Origin: Qipengyuania sp. | GTDB taxonomy: Bacteria; Pseudomonadota; Alphaproteobacteria; Sphingomonadales; Sphingomonadaceae | Assembly (NCBI GenBank): GCA_019745075.1 | Contig: JAIETR010000008.1 | Coordinates: forward strand, 2,063 to 66,062 | Length of the DNA: 64,000 bases | Direction of reading: 5' to 3' | Shown here: piece after piece, positions 9,525-22,663 of the stretch | Numbering within the stretch: position 1 is the first letter of the stretch | Layout: the number at the start of each line of letters is the position of its first letter | Position numbers and translations under genes: made by a program | Notes under the pieces: generated by a model | What the model was told of the DNA's origin: nothing | Seen by the model: only the letters and a program-made list of their open reading frames with translations | Databases searched by the model: none

Positions 9525-10790
9525 ATGACCTCGGTAAAGTCCCGAATCGCCGCGATCGTACGCGGGGGCGGCATGACGCGCAGCGGGTTGGCGCGGGCGG
9601 CGGGGCTGCACGCCAACACCTTGCGCGATTGCGGCGAGGAGGGGTGGAACCCGACCACGGAAACGCTCGCCAAGCTCGAGCGGTTTCTCGAGGCGCACGA
9701 CGACAGTCCGGTGCTGGCGCCGATCGAGGCGATCATCGACGAGGCGCGCAACGGGCGGATGTTCATCCTCGTCGATGACGAGGACCGCGAGAACGAGGGC
9801 GATCTCATCGTTCCCGCGCAGATGGCGACCCCCTCGGCGATCAACTTCATGGCAACGCATGGCCGCGGGCTCATCTGCCTCGCGCTGACCCGCGGCCGCG
9901 TCGCCGCGCTCGGGCTCGAGCCGATGAGCCGCAACCATACCGAGGCGATGCAGACCGCCTTCACCGTCTCGATCGAGGCCAGGGAGGGCGTCACCACCGG
10001 CATCTCCGCCGCCGACCGCGCGCGCACCATCGCGGTGGCGACCGATTCCGCCAAGGGCCCGGCGGACATCGTCACCCCGGGCCACGTCTTCCCGCTCGCC
10101 GCACGCGAGGGCGGCGTGCTGGTCCGCGCCGGGCATACCGAGGCGGCGGTCGACATCGCGCGGCTCGCCGGCCTCAACCCCTCGGGCGTGATCTGCGAGA
10201 TCATGAACGCGGACGGCAGCATGTCCCGGCTCGAGGATCTGATCGGCTTCGCGCGCCGCCACAGCCTCAAGATCGGCACCATCCGCGACCTCATAGCCTA
10301 TCGCATGAAGCACGACCATCTGGTTGAAATGGTGAGCGAAAGCAGCCTCGCGTCCGACTATGGCGGCGACTGGCGGGCGATGACCTACCGCTCCAAGGTC
10401 TCGGGCGCGACGCATGTCGTGCTGCAGAAGGGCCACGTCGATCCGGCACGGCCCACGCTGGTACGGATGCACGCCATCTCGATCTTCGACGACGTCCTCG
10501 GCCAGACCGGGCCCAGGAAGCGCCAGCTCCAGCGCTCGATGGACGCCATCGGACGGCGCGGCGCGGGGCTCATCGTGCTCCTCATGCCCGACCGTCCCGA
10601 ACGCCTCCAGGCCGAGATCGGCCGCCACCCGCACCCCGAGAGCGAGCTGCGCGACTATGGCATCGGGGCGCAGATCCTGGTCGACCGCGGGGTCAGCGAA
10701 ATGGTGCTGCTGTCGGACAGCGAGCGCACGGTGATCGGGCTCGAAGGCTATGGCCTCAAGGTCGCCGGGCGCGAATCCATCCCCGCGTGA
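9525..10790 (+). CDS. ribB: 3,4-dihydroxy-2-butanone-4-phosphate synthase fused to a Cys-less GTP-cyclohydrolase-II-like domain (RibBX type), with an about 55-aa N-terminal HTH-like extension
   Basis: DHBP synthase motifs (DRENEGDLI, HTEAAVD). The C-terminal RibA-like domain lacks the Zn-binding cysteines (RMHAISIFDDVLGQTG). The N-terminus MTRSGLARAAGLHANTLRD resembles an XRE-type HTH. Confidence 0.85.
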   Translation: MTSVKSRIAAIVRGGGMTRSGLARAAGLHANTLRDCGEEGWNPTTETLAKLERFLEAHDDSPVLAPIEAIIDEARNGRMFILVDDEDRENEGDLIVPAQMATPSAINFMATHGRGLICLALTRGRVAALGLEPMSRNHTEAMQTAFTVSIEAREGVTTGISAADRARTIAVATDSAKGPADIVTPGHVFPLAAREGGVLVRAGHTEAAVDIARLAGLNPSGVICEIMNADGSMSRLEDLIGFARRHSLKIGTIRDLIAYRMKHDHLVEMVSESSLASDYGGDWRAMTYRSKVSGATHVVLQKGHVDPARPTLVRMHAISIFDDVLGQTGPRKRQLQRSMDAIGRRGAGLIVLLMPDRPERLQAEIGRHPHPESELRDYGIGAQILVDRGVSEMVLLSDSERTVIGLEGYGLKVAGRESIPA

Positions 10791-10802
10791 GGAGACGAAA
10801 TA

Positions 10803-11225
10803 ATGGCGCGATTCCTGATTGTTGAGGCCCGTTTCTACGACCATTTCAACGATCTTCTGGTGGCCGGCGCGCGCGCCGTGTTGGAGGCGGCGGGGAACGA
10901 AGTCGAGGTTGTGACGGTCCCCGGCGCGCTCGAGGTTCCCGGCGCCATCGCGCTCGCCGCGGAGAGCGGGCGCTACCACGGTTTCGTCGCGATCGGCGTC
11001 GTAATCCGCGGGGAAACCTGGCATTTCGAGATCGTCGCGGGCGAGAGCGCGCGCGGGATCATGGCGCTGACGATGGACGGCATCGCCATCGGCAACGGCA
11101 TCCTGACGGTCGAGAACGAGACCCAGGCGCTGGTCCGCGCCGACCCCGCGCGCAAGGACAAGGGCGGCGAGGCGGCCAAGGCGGCGCTGGCGCTGCTGGC
11201 GCTGCGGGAACGCTTTTCGCGCTAA
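10803..11225 (+). CDS. ribH: 6,7-dimethyl-8-ribityllumazine synthase
   Basis: 140-aa ORF with [20 protein letters not shown] and a typical RibH length; directly follows ribB. Confidence 0.9.
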   Translation: MARFLIVEARFYDHFNDLLVAGARAVLEAAGNEVEVVTVPGALEVPGAIALAAESGRYHGFVAIGVVIRGETWHFEIVAGESARGIMALTMDGIAIGNGILTVENETQALVRADPARKDKGGEAAKAALALLALRERFSR

Positions 11226-11527
11226 GCTGACCAGTCCTTTTCAATGCCTTGCACCACCCTTGATCGATGACGTGCCCAAACGATCGGGAAACAGCGCCGA
11301 ACGATCGCGAACACACCGCCAAACGGCGCGATCTTGGCATGAAATCGATCGCCTGGGCGGCGAGGATCGTCCGCAGTTCCGCAGCTGGGAAATTGGTCCG
11401 GGACACATCTCTCCGCCACTTTGAGCCGCTGCGGCATCACATTCTCACATTGTAATGGTCACATTCGGGCCAATGGAACCGATGGCGCGCTGCTCCGTCT
11501 CTGGCGCATGAAACGGGGACACGGGCA

Positions 11528-11860
11528 GTGAACGGCCCACTCGAATGGATCGCGGCGCTCGGCACCATGCTCGCCGCCGGCTTCATCGCCGCCGACCTCG
11601 GCCGCCGCGCCACCGGCTGGGGCTTCGTGCTGTTCTGCGCGGTCTCGGCGATCTGGATCGTCTCGGGCCTCACCACCGGCGCCACGCCCATCGCGGCGAT
11701 GAACGCGGTGCTGCTGCCGATCAACGCCTGGGGCGTGTGGAGCTATCTGCTCAGTTCCAGGAACAGACGGGTGATGGAGCGGATGGCGCCGGTGCAGGAG
11801 CGAATCGAGCGGGAGGTCGAGGCGGAGGTGGAAGCCGAGCGGGACACGACCGCGCGCTGA
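11528..11860 (+). CDS. Small 3-TM membrane protein with a charged C-terminal tail (function unknown)
   Basis: 110-aa ORF with a GTG start, native-like high GC, three hydrophobic helices, then ERIEREVEAEVEAER. Confidence 0.5.
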   Translation: MNGPLEWIAALGTMLAAGFIAADLGRRATGWGFVLFCAVSAIWIVSGLTTGATPIAAMNAVLLPINAWGVWSYLLSSRNRRVMERMAPVQERIEREVEAEVEAERDTTAR

Positions 11861-11868
11861 CCGCGAGC

Positions 11869-12672
11869 TCAACCGTCGTAGCGGCGGATGGCGTCTCTAT
11901 CGAGCTCGGAGGCGGGCACCAGACGGTAGTGCCGTTCGTCGACCACCTTGACCTCGTCGTCCTGAAGGGTGAGCTCGAATAGAGCAACCGTCCCGCCGGC
12001 CATGAATTGGGCCGCAATCGCGCGACAGCGCACCCCCGGAAATTTCTGCTCGACGAATGCAATGTCCTGGCTCGTCTGCACGACTCCGATTCGATCCTTT
12101 CCGCCCTTGGCCTGAACGGGAATGACATAGTGGCAACCGTGCCTGTCGAGGCCGATGTAAAGCTCGTCGATCTCGATCTGCCCCACGTTCTTCACCTTGG
12201 TTCGCAGATGATTTTGCAGGCTGAAGGTGGTGAGGCCGAGGAAGGTATCGATGAGGCGATTGTAACGAACGATGGCGAGCAAGGCCTGCTCGTCGTCGAG
12301 CGCGTAAGCGCGGATTATTTCTGGCGTCGCGTCGGGAATCGCAATTTTCACCAGCTCGTCCCGGGGGCGGATGTGCGTCTCCTTGACCAGCCGAAAGCGG
12401 TATCTTGCGTCCCCTGCTCCGGCGATGATCCACTCCCGACCCGGCGGCTGGGTTTCGAGAATCCTCGCTGGCAGCGCTTTTCGGTAACGAAAGCTGTAGA
12501 TGACATCGCCAAGGTTCTTCGGGAGCCGGATCCCTAGCTCTTGGGCCTTTCGCTCTATTGCCACACGGTCGAACTCGAAGGATTCGACACCCTCGTCGTG
12601 CAGGTCGAAAAAAATCCCTTCGATCAGAGAGCTGTAGCTGCTCGTGCGCGATGCCCTAGCCATGCGCGGCAA
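11869..12672 (-). CDS. Putative type II restriction endonuclease (partner of the adjacent m5C methyltransferase)
   Basis: 267-aa lower-GC ORF overlapping the MTase stop by 17 nt. PD-(D/E)xK-like segment IEIDELYIGLDRHGCHYVIPVQAKGGKD. Family not recognised by eye. Confidence 0.6.
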   Translation of the reverse strand: MPRMARASRTSSYSSLIEGIFFDLHDEGVESFEFDRVAIERKAQELGIRLPKNLGDVIYSFRYRKALPARILETQPPGREWIIAGAGDARYRFRLVKETHIRPRDELVKIAIPDATPEIIRAYALDDEQALLAIVRYNRLIDTFLGLTTFSLQNHLRTKVKNVGQIEIDELYIGLDRHGCHYVIPVQAKGGKDRIGVVQTSQDIAFVEQKFPGVRCRAIAAQFMAGGTVALFELTLQDDEVKVVDERHYRLVPASELDRDAIRRYDG

Positions 12673-13993
12673 GGCCCCAGGACCGGCGCTGGGTTTCGAT
12701 TTCCTCCTGCTTGCGCTTGGTCGCGCCGCTTTTCATGGTTCTTCCCGAACGTGGCGCATCGATGCCGAAATATGCGGCTGCTTGAGTCACGGTCATGCGC
12801 AGTAAATCGGGATTGCCCAGCTTCCATTCTTCCAGGGGCGGCACGGCGTGGCTTCCCAACGCCTCAGCCACACGAGTGGCAACGGCTCTTGCTAGGGGCG
12901 GAGGTACGGAATTGCCGATCTGACGCGCTCCATGCCATTTCGTCTCGTTGAAGCGGAACCAGTCGGGATATCCATGTAACCGTGCCATCTCCCGCACGGT
13001 GATGCAGCGGTTCAGATTGGGATGGATAGGGCGCGGGCTCGTGAATGCCCCGCGCGCTCCATCGGTTCCAGCTCTGAGAGTGTTGCTCAGCCCGTTTGCC
13101 TTCAGCTTGTAAAACCTCGAGATCGGCTCGGTCCGGCCCCCTTCGGTAGCCTCAAAACGCCCCCGAGAAATGGCGGTGTGAGTCGTGCGGGCGCTAGAGG
13201 TGAGAACATTCGGGTTCCAAACTCTTCTATGTCCGCGATGCCAGGCCGAGTTTGTCAGACAGCGAAGCTCTTTCGCGTAAGTGCTGGCATCGGACCAATC
13301 GGTCCATATCGCCTCGTCGGTGCGTTCGAGTTCGGGGAAATCTTCCGCGTCGGGCAGATCGAGCAAGGCATCTCCGGCGGTAGGTCCTCTTTCAAGGCCG
13401 GGCACCCACTTGCCCTTGCCGTCCGCGGGATTTGTCCAGAGTTCGGGATATGTCGGAAGCGTTGCATTCTTCCTGGCACCGAACAGAATCAGTCGTTCGC
13501 GATGCTGCGGGACCCCGAAGTTTGCAGCATCCAGCACTTTCCAAGGCATCCGCACGGCGTATCCCAGCTCGTCGGCATATTCGACAAATTCATCGAGAAA
13601 TTTCCGATGCTTGCCTACGGTAAGCCCCTTCACATTCTCGAACACGAAATAGGTGGCGCCGAGTTCGCTCGCGATTCGAAGGAAGTCTCGGACCAACCGG
13701 TTTCTTGGATCGTCCAACACCCGCTGACCGATCATCGAGAAACCCTGGCAAGGCGCCCCGCCAAATACGACATCGACCTTTCGCGTTCCAAGCTTCGATT
13801 GCAGCCGAATCTCGCTTCCTGTGAGCCTCTCGACCGAACGAGGAATCACCGCGCAGTACGGGAAATTGAACTTGTGCGTCGCGCAGTGGACAGGATCGAT
13901 CTCGACTGCCGCGACGACATCGAAGCCGGCCTGCTCGAAGCCGAGGCTCATGCCGCCCGCTCCGGCAAACAGATCGATCCCGATAGGCCTCAT
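12656..13993 (-). CDS. DNA (cytosine-5)-methyltransferase
   Basis: Starts MRPIGIDLFAGAGGMSLGF (motif I). Also GGAPCQGFS (motif IV), FENV (motif VI) and QIGNSVPPPLA (motif X). Confidence 0.9.
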   Translation of the reverse strand: MRPIGIDLFAGAGGMSLGFEQAGFDVVAAVEIDPVHCATHKFNFPYCAVIPRSVERLTGSEIRLQSKLGTRKVDVVFGGAPCQGFSMIGQRVLDDPRNRLVRDFLRIASELGATYFVFENVKGLTVGKHRKFLDEFVEYADELGYAVRMPWKVLDAANFGVPQHRERLILFGARKNATLPTYPELWTNPADGKGKWVPGLERGPTAGDALLDLPDAEDFPELERTDEAIWTDWSDASTYAKELRCLTNSAWHRGHRRVWNPNVLTSSARTTHTAISRGRFEATEGGRTEPISRFYKLKANGLSNTLRAGTDGARGAFTSPRPIHPNLNRCITVREMARLHGYPDWFRFNETKWHGARQIGNSVPPPLARAVATRVAEALGSHAVPPLEEWKLGNPDLLRMTVTQAAAYFGIDAPRSGRTMKSGATKRKQEEIETQRRSWGLAAHG

Positions 13994-14036
13994 GGCGTTC
14001 TCCCTTGCGAATCCAGCCAGAACACTAGCAGAACAT

Positions 14037-14465
14037 TTAGCGAATGTCGATCGCCTTCGGTGCTCCAAGAAAATTCCGCAGGCGCGCTTCAAGCGATTGG
14101 AAATCCTTGAGTTCGCATTGCCAGACCTCCTCGACGGCCCAGCCTACATGCTCCAAATTGGACCTGATCTCTCGATCTCTCGAGCGGTTCCGCTCGATCT
14201 TGGCTTTCCAGAATACCTGATTCGATTTCGGGAGCTTGCCGATCCTGCAACCGTGACCATGCCAAAAGCACCCGTGAACGAAGATCGCCTTCTTGCGACC
14301 GATGAATGCGATGTCCGGACGCCCTGGCAGATCCTTTCGATGGAGCCGAAAACGATAGCCCAACCGATGAAGGAGCACGCGGACGGCCAGCTCGGGCTTG
14401 GTATGCTTCGAGCCTATCCGCGACATCAATCGGCTACGGCTCGCCGCTGTTCGGTTATCCACCAT
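14037..14465 (-). CDS. vsr: Very-short-patch repair endonuclease Vsr
   Basis: TKPELAVRVLLHRLGYRFRLHRKDLPGRPDIAF...AIFVHGCFWHGH...NRSRD is the canonical Vsr signature; adjacent to the m5C MTase. Confidence 0.9.
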   Translation of the reverse strand: MVDNRTAASRSRLMSRIGSKHTKPELAVRVLLHRLGYRFRLHRKDLPGRPDIAFIGRKKAIFVHGCFWHGHGCRIGKLPKSNQVFWKAKIERNRSRDREIRSNLEHVGWAVEEVWQCELKDFQSLEARLRNFLGAPKAIDIR

Positions 14466-14547
14466 GACGAGCTGCTCTATCGTCCATGGTCCGACAGTGC
14501 GCGCCAGCGGACGCGGGCGAGGCGCAGATCGCACCCCAACCCGCCAC

Positions 14548-17417
<2,870 letters not shown>

Positions 17418-17482
17418 CGCTGACAGGAACCCCCGTCCCTCCCCGCCGTTCGGAAGCACAGCAGATTTTTCGGAGATCCACG

Positions 17483-18016
17483 ATGGCCAAATCCACCGAC
17501 AACGCCGGCGCCAAGACCTCGGCCAAGACCCCCGCCAAGCCGCGCGCGAAGCCGGCCAAGACCGACGCCGAGAAGCGCGAGGCGCTGCGCGGCAAGATCG
17601 CCGCCGGCGAGCGCCGCAATGCCGACCGCGGCTTCGCCGACGGCGCGCTCGAATACGTCAAGGCCAATCCGCTCAAGGCGGTGGCCGGAGTGGCCATCGG
17701 CGCGCTCATCGTCGGCGCCTTCACCCGTCGCGGCCGCAAGCTCGGCAAGAAGACCGGCAAGCTCGCCGGCGTCGCGACCGAGGCGGCGCTCGCCTACGGC
17801 CTGGGCTTGCTCGAGACCGCGGGCAGCGCGGCCGGCAAGGGCCAGGACAAGCTCGCCGATCTGGGCGAAAGCGTGGGCGACAAGGCGCGCGCCTGGCAGA
17901 CCGCCGCCGCCCGGGAAGGCAGCGCGCTGTCCGATTATCTTGTCGATGCGGCCAAGCGCAGCGGCAAGCGCGCCGGCAAGACCATCGACGGTCTGCGCGG
18001 CCGCCTCCAGCACTGA
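17483..18016 (+). CDS. Lys/Ala-rich hypothetical protein with a central TM segment
   Basis: In-frame ATG in ORF 17114..18016: MAKSTDNAGAKTSAKTPAKPRAK..., TM AVAGVAIGALIVGAF. Confidence 0.45.
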   Translation: MAKSTDNAGAKTSAKTPAKPRAKPAKTDAEKREALRGKIAAGERRNADRGFADGALEYVKANPLKAVAGVAIGALIVGAFTRRGRKLGKKTGKLAGVATEAALAYGLGLLETAGSAAGKGQDKLADLGESVGDKARAWQTAAAREGSALSDYLVDAAKRSGKRAGKTIDGLRGRLQH

Positions 18017-18114
18017 CCTTCGCGATATGTCGGCAAAGCGGCGCGGCGGGCTTTCCCTGCCGCGCCGCTTTTCCTATGGGGCGCCGCGCGCAATCCCGAA
18101 GCGAACGGACCACG

Positions 18115-18345
18115 ATGACCGAGACACCGACCAGGCAGCTGCTCCACCTCGTGATGGGGGGCCGCGTGAAGAACCCGCAGACGCTCGAGTTCGAGAACCT
18201 CGCGGAGGTCGATTTCGTGGGCGTCTATCCCAACTATGCCGGCGCGCTCGAGGCCTGGCGCGGCGCGGCGCAGCGCACCGTGGACGACGCCGAGATGAAA
18301 TATGTCATCGTCCACCTTCACCGCCTGCTCGAACCCGAGGGGTAA
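18115..18345 (+). CDS. DUF4170-like small protein
   Basis: 76-aa in-frame ORF: LLHLVMGGRVKNPQTLEFENLAEVDFVGVYPNYAGALEAWRGAAQRTVDDAEMKYVIVHLHRL. Confidence 0.55.
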   Translation: MTETPTRQLLHLVMGGRVKNPQTLEFENLAEVDFVGVYPNYAGALEAWRGAAQRTVDDAEMKYVIVHLHRLLEPEG

Positions 18346-18356
18346 GGAGCGCGAGC

Positions 18357-18437
18357 GTGTCTCGACTGCGCTCGACACGAACGGAGCTCGTTTGATCCTA
18401 CCCCAATATCCGTTCGTATCGAGCGCAGTCGAGATAC
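18357..18437. repeat. Palindromic repeat copy A1 (arms GTGTCTCGACTGCGCTCGACACGAACGG / CCGTTCGTATCGAGCGCAGTCGAGATAC)
   Basis: 28-nt inverted arms around a 25-nt loop; intergenic, between convergent genes. Confidence 0.85.
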
Positions 18438-18443
18438 GTCGCA

Positions 18444-18737
18444 CTACCCTCTAAACGTCGTCAGCCCGGCGATCGCGGCGCTGACCGCGCCCAGCGCCAG
18501 CAGCGCGAGCGCGCGCTTGCGCTGCTTGCCGCGGCGCTCGTCCCAGGCGATCTCGTCGAGCCAGAGCGCCCCGTCGCCGCCCTTGACCACCCCGACATCG
18601 CGCAGCCGCGCCAGCGCGCGCGCGTGGCGCCAGCGCATCGGCGCGAAGCCCATCGTCCTGTCGGGGGCGACCGCGCCGTAGCCGCGCAGATGCGCGGCGA
18701 CGGCGCGTTCGGCGATCGGGCGGGGCGGCGACGCCAT
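18444..18737 (-). CDS. Hypothetical protein with a C-terminal TM segment
   Basis: 97-aa ORF downstream of greA on the same strand; no recognisable motifs. Confidence 0.35.
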   Translation of the reverse strand: MASPPRPIAERAVAAHLRGYGAVAPDRTMGFAPMRWRHARALARLRDVGVVKGGDGALWLDEIAWDERRGKQRKRALALLALGAVSAAIAGLTTFRG

Positions 18738-18762
18738 TGGCGTATCGCTCCCCGCGCCGCGC

Positions 18763-19239
18763 TCAGATGAACTCGATCTTGTCGACGAGGTAGAATTTGT
18801 CGCCCGATGGCACCGTGACCTCGACCTCGTCTTCGACCTGCCGGCCGATCAGCGCGCGGCCGAGCGGGGAATTGTAGCTGATCCGGCCCCGGTTGGCATC
18901 GGCCTCGGTCTGGCCGACAATCTGGTAGCGGACCGGCTTGTCGTCCTCGTCGATCAAAGTAACGGTGGCGCCGAACACCACCTTGTCGCCCGAGAGCGTG
19001 GTCGGATCGATGATCTGCGCGCGCGTGACCTTGTCCTCGATGTCGGCGATCTGCATCTCGACCTGGCCCTGGCGTTCCTTGGCGGCGTGATACTCGGCGT
19101 TCTCGGACAGATCGCCGTGGGCGCGCGCTTCCTCGATCGCCTCGACGATCCGGGGCCGTTCGGCCCGCAGCACCTTGAGATCCGCCGTCAGCTTCTCATA
19201 GCCTTCGGCCAGCATCGGCACCTTTTCCATCGTCGCCAT
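18763..19239 (-). CDS. greA: Transcription elongation factor GreA
   Basis: [25 protein letters not shown]...[16 protein letters not shown]...[13 protein letters not shown]. Confidence 0.95.
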   Translation of the reverse strand: MATMEKVPMLAEGYEKLTADLKVLRAERPRIVEAIEEARAHGDLSENAEYHAAKERQGQVEMQIADIEDKVTRAQIIDPTTLSGDKVVFGATVTLIDEDDKPVRYQIVGQTEADANRGRISYNSPLGRALIGRQVEDEVEVTVPSGDKFYLVDKIEFI

Positions 19240-19336
19240 AGTTCCCTTTTCCTCGCTCCCGCTCCCCGGCAATTCGCCGCCGTTCCCGGCAGAAGGGCCT
19301 GGATGGCGGGCTATGTCGGGAAGGATGAATGCGTGT

Positions 19337-22300
19337 TCAGCTATAATAGTCTTGCAAGCTGCGCACTTCAAGCCGCGCCGCCTCGACCTCGGTTATCGCG
19401 CGGGCGACCGCGAGGCTGGCGGCGGCGGTGGTGTAATAGGGCAGCTTCTTTTCGAGCGCGCTGGCGCGGATCGATTTGGAATCGAGCAGCGATTGCCAGC
19501 CCTCGGTGGTGTTGAAGATCAGCGCGATCTCGCCGTCGATGATGGCATCGACGATATGCGGGCGCCCCTCGGCGACCTTGTTGACCGGGGCGACGTCGAG
19601 CCCCTGCGCGGCGAGATAGCGCTGGGTGCCGCCGGTCGCGACCGCCTTGAAACCGTGGTCGAGCAGCGCCTTCACCGCCGGCACGATCACCGGCTTGTCG
19701 CTGTCCTTGACCGAGACGAACAGCGTGCCGCGATCCGGCAGGTTCATGCCCGCGCCGAGCTGGGACTTGAGAAAGGCGGCGGGAAAATCCCTGTCGATTC
19801 CCATGACTTCGCCGGTGCTCTTCATCTCCGGCGAGAGCACCGGATCGGCGCCGGGGAAACGGCTGAAAGGGAACACGGCTTCCTTCACCGACATATGCGC
19901 CGGCCGGATGTCGAAAGGCTCGAAATTGGCGAGCGGCTCGCCCGCCATCACCCGCGCCGCGATCTTGGCCACCGGGCGCCCGATCGCTTTGGCGACGAAG
20001 GGCACGGTCCTGCTAGCGCGCGGGTTGACCTCGATGAGGAACACCTCAGAACCCTTGACCGCGAACTGGACGTTCATCAGCCCCTGAACCTTGAGCGCCC
20101 GCGCCAGCGCCTCGGCCTGGCGCTCCATCTCGGCGATGACCTCCGCGCCGAGGCTGTAGGGCGGCAGCGTGCAGGCGCTGTCGCCCGAATGGACGCCCGC
20201 CTCCTCGATATGCTGCATCACCCCCGCGATCCGCACCTCGCCGGCGCTGTCGGCGATCACGTCGACATCGCATTCGATCGCGTCGCGCAGATACCGGTCG
20301 ACCAGCACCGGGCTGTCGCCGCTGACATTGACCGCGGTGGCGATGTAGTCGTCGAGCTGCGCCTCGCTATCGACGATCTCCATCGCGCGGCCGCCGAGCA
20401 CATAGCTGGGGCGCAGCAGCACGGGGTAGCCGATGGCGCGCGCCACCGCGGCGGCCTCGTCGCGGCTCTTGGCGATGCCGTTGCGCGGCTGGCTGAGCTT
20501 CAATTGGCGCACCAGCCTGGCGAAACGCTCGCGGTCCTCGGCAAGGTCGATCGCGTCGGGCGAAGTGCCCAGGATCGGGATGCCTTCGCGCTCGAGCGCG
20601 GCGGCGAGCTTCAATGGCGTCTGCCCGCCGAGCTGGACGATCACCCCCACCAGCTCGCCGCGGCTCATCTCGACGCGCAGGATCTCGAGCACGTCCTCTT
20701 CGGTCAGCGGCTCGAAGTAGAGCCGGTCGCTGGTGTCGTAATCGGTGCTGACGGTCTCGGGGTTGCAGTTGACCATGATGGTCTCGAACCCGGCTTCGGA
20801 CAGCGCGAAACAGGCGTGAACGCAGCAATAGTCGAACTCGATCCCCTGGCCGATGCGGTTGGGCCCGCCGCCCAGGATCACGATCTTGCGGCGGTCGCTG
20901 GGGTCCGCCTCGTCCTCCGGTTCGCCGAAGCTCGGCGCCTCGTAGGTCGAGTACATATAGGGCGTGATCGCCTCGAACTCGGCGGCGCAGCTGTCGATGC
21001 GCTTGAACACCGGCAGCACGCCGAGCCGGTGGCGCAACGCGCGCACCTCGGCTTCGCTGGTCGCGCCCGCCATGGCGCGCAGGGCATCGTGGAGCAGGCC
21101 CGAGCGCTTGGCCTGGGTCTCGCCCAGCCCGCCCGCGACCCCGACGCTGCGCACCGCCAGCGTGGCCAGGCGCCTGTCGGAAAAGCCCATCGCCTTGAGC
21201 CGGCGCAGGCCCTCGGCATCGGTGGGGATGCCGTTCGCGCCGATCTCGGTCTCCTCGGCGACGATCGCCTCGATCTGGCGCAGAAACCAGCGGTCGTAGC
21301 CGGTGAGGGTGTGGACTTCATCGACGCCGAAGCCCTCGCGGAACGCTTGCGCCACCTTGAGGATGCGGTCCGGGGTGCGTTGGCTGAGCGCGGCGGTGAC
21401 GACGTCGCGGCGCACGCCCTCCAGTTCGGGCACGCGGTTGAAGCCGTCGAGCCCGGTTTCGAGCCCGCGCAGCGCCTTCTGCATCGATTCGGCGAAGCAG
21501 CGGCCGATCGCCATGACCTCGCCGACCGATTTCATCGCGGTCGAAAGTTCGGCCTTGGCGCCCTTGAACTTTTCGAAGGCGAAACGCGGGATCTTGGTGA
21601 CCACATAGTCGATGGTCGGCTCGAACGCTGCAGGTGTCGCGCCCGTGATCTCGTTGGTCAGCTCGTCGAGCGTGTAGCCGACGGCCAGCTTCGCCGCGAC
21701 GCGCGCGATAGGGAAGCCGGTAGCCTTGGAGGCGAGCGCCGAACTGCGCGACACGCGCGGGTTCATTTCGATCACGATAAGCCGACCGGACTTCGGATCG
21801 ACTGCGAATTGGACGTTCGAACCGCCTGTCTCGACACCGATTTCGCGCAGGCAAGCGATACTCGCGTTGCGCATGATCTGGTATTCCTTGTCGGTCAGCG
21901 TCAGCGCCGGGGCGACCGTGATGCTGTCGCCGGTGTGCACTCCCATCGGATCGACGTTCTCGATCGAGCAGACGATGATCGCGTTGTCCCTGCGGTCGCG
22001 CACCACCTCCATCTCGAACTCTTTCCAGCCCAGCAGCGATTCCTCGATCAGGACTTCGGTGGTGGGGCTGGCGTCGAGGCCGGAGCGGACGATCGCCTCG
22101 AACTCGGCCTTGTTGTAGGCGATGCCGCCGCCCGTGCCCCCGAGGGTGAAGCTGGGGCGGATGATGGCGGGCAGGCCCGTGCGCTCGAGCACCGCGAAGG
22201 CTTCCTCGACATTGTGCGCCACGCCGCTGCGCGCGCTTTCGAGCCCGATCCTGTCCATCGCCTCGCGGAAGCGCTGGCGGTCCTCGGCCTTGTCGATGGC

Positions 22301-22663
22301 GTCGGCATTGGCGCCGATCATCTGCACGCCGAACTTCTCGAGCACGCCCATCCGCTCGAGATCGAGCGCGCAGTTCAAGGCGGTCTGCCCGCCCATCGTC
22401 GGCAGCAGCGCGTCGGGCCGCTCCTTGGCGATGATCTTGGCCACGATTTCCGGCGTGATCGGCTCGACATAGGTGGCGTCGGCCATCTCGGGATCGGTCA
22501 TGATCGTGGCCGGGTTGGAGTTGACGAGGACCACGCGGTAGCCCTCCTCCTTCAACGCCTTGATCGCCTGCGTGCCCGAATAGTCGAACTCGCACGCCTG
22601 CCCGATGATGATGGGTCCGGCGCCGATGACGAGGATCGAGGAAATGTCAGTGCGTTTGGGCAT
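19337..22663 (-). CDS. carB: Carbamoyl-phosphate synthase large subunit
   Basis: 1108-aa ORF: [33 protein letters not shown]...; duplicated ATP-grasp halves and an MGS-like C-terminus. Confidence 0.95.
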   Translation of the reverse strand: MPKRTDISSILVIGAGPIIIGQACEFDYSGTQAIKALKEEGYRVVLVNSNPATIMTDPEMADATYVEPITPEIVAKIIAKERPDALLPTMGGQTALNCALDLERMGVLEKFGVQMIGANADAIDKAEDRQRFREAMDRIGLESARSGVAHNVEEAFAVLERTGLPAIIRPSFTLGGTGGGIAYNKAEFEAIVRSGLDASPTTEVLIEESLLGWKEFEMEVVRDRRDNAIIVCSIENVDPMGVHTGDSITVAPALTLTDKEYQIMRNASIACLREIGVETGGSNVQFAVDPKSGRLIVIEMNPRVSRSSALASKATGFPIARVAAKLAVGYTLDELTNEITGATPAAFEPTIDYVVTKIPRFAFEKFKGAKAELSTAMKSVGEVMAIGRCFAESMQKALRGLETGLDGFNRVPELEGVRRDVVTAALSQRTPDRILKVAQAFREGFGVDEVHTLTGYDRWFLRQIEAIVAEETEIGANGIPTDAEGLRRLKAMGFSDRRLATLAVRSVGVAGGLGETQAKRSGLLHDALRAMAGATSEAEVRALRHRLGVLPVFKRIDSCAAEFEAITPYMYSTYEAPSFGEPEDEADPSDRRKIVILGGGPNRIGQGIEFDYCCVHACFALSEAGFETIMVNCNPETVSTDYDTSDRLYFEPLTEEDVLEILRVEMSRGELVGVIVQLGGQTPLKLAAALEREGIPILGTSPDAIDLAEDRERFARLVRQLKLSQPRNGIAKSRDEAAAVARAIGYPVLLRPSYVLGGRAMEIVDSEAQLDDYIATAVNVSGDSPVLVDRYLRDAIECDVDVIADSAGEVRIAGVMQHIEEAGVHSGDSACTLPPYSLGAEVIAEMERQAEALARALKVQGLMNVQFAVKGSEVFLIEVNPRASRTVPFVAKAIGRPVAKIAARVMAGEPLANFEPFDIRPAHMSVKEAVFPFSRFPGADPVLSPEMKSTGEVMGIDRDFPAAFLKSQLGAGMNLPDRGTLFVSVKDSDKPVIVPAVKALLDHGFKAVATGGTQRYLAAQGLDVAPVNKVAEGRPHIVDAIIDGEIALIFNTTEGWQSLLDSKSIRASALEKKLPYYTTAAASLAVARAITEVEAARLEVRSLQDYYS

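Noticed and set aside
11222-11455. Small ORFs in the lower-GC ribH-downstream spacer (72 aa minus strand, 62 aa plus strand)
   Set aside because: They have no motifs, no RBS context and overlap each other. The region is better explained as a promoter/operator region for the 3-TM protein gene.
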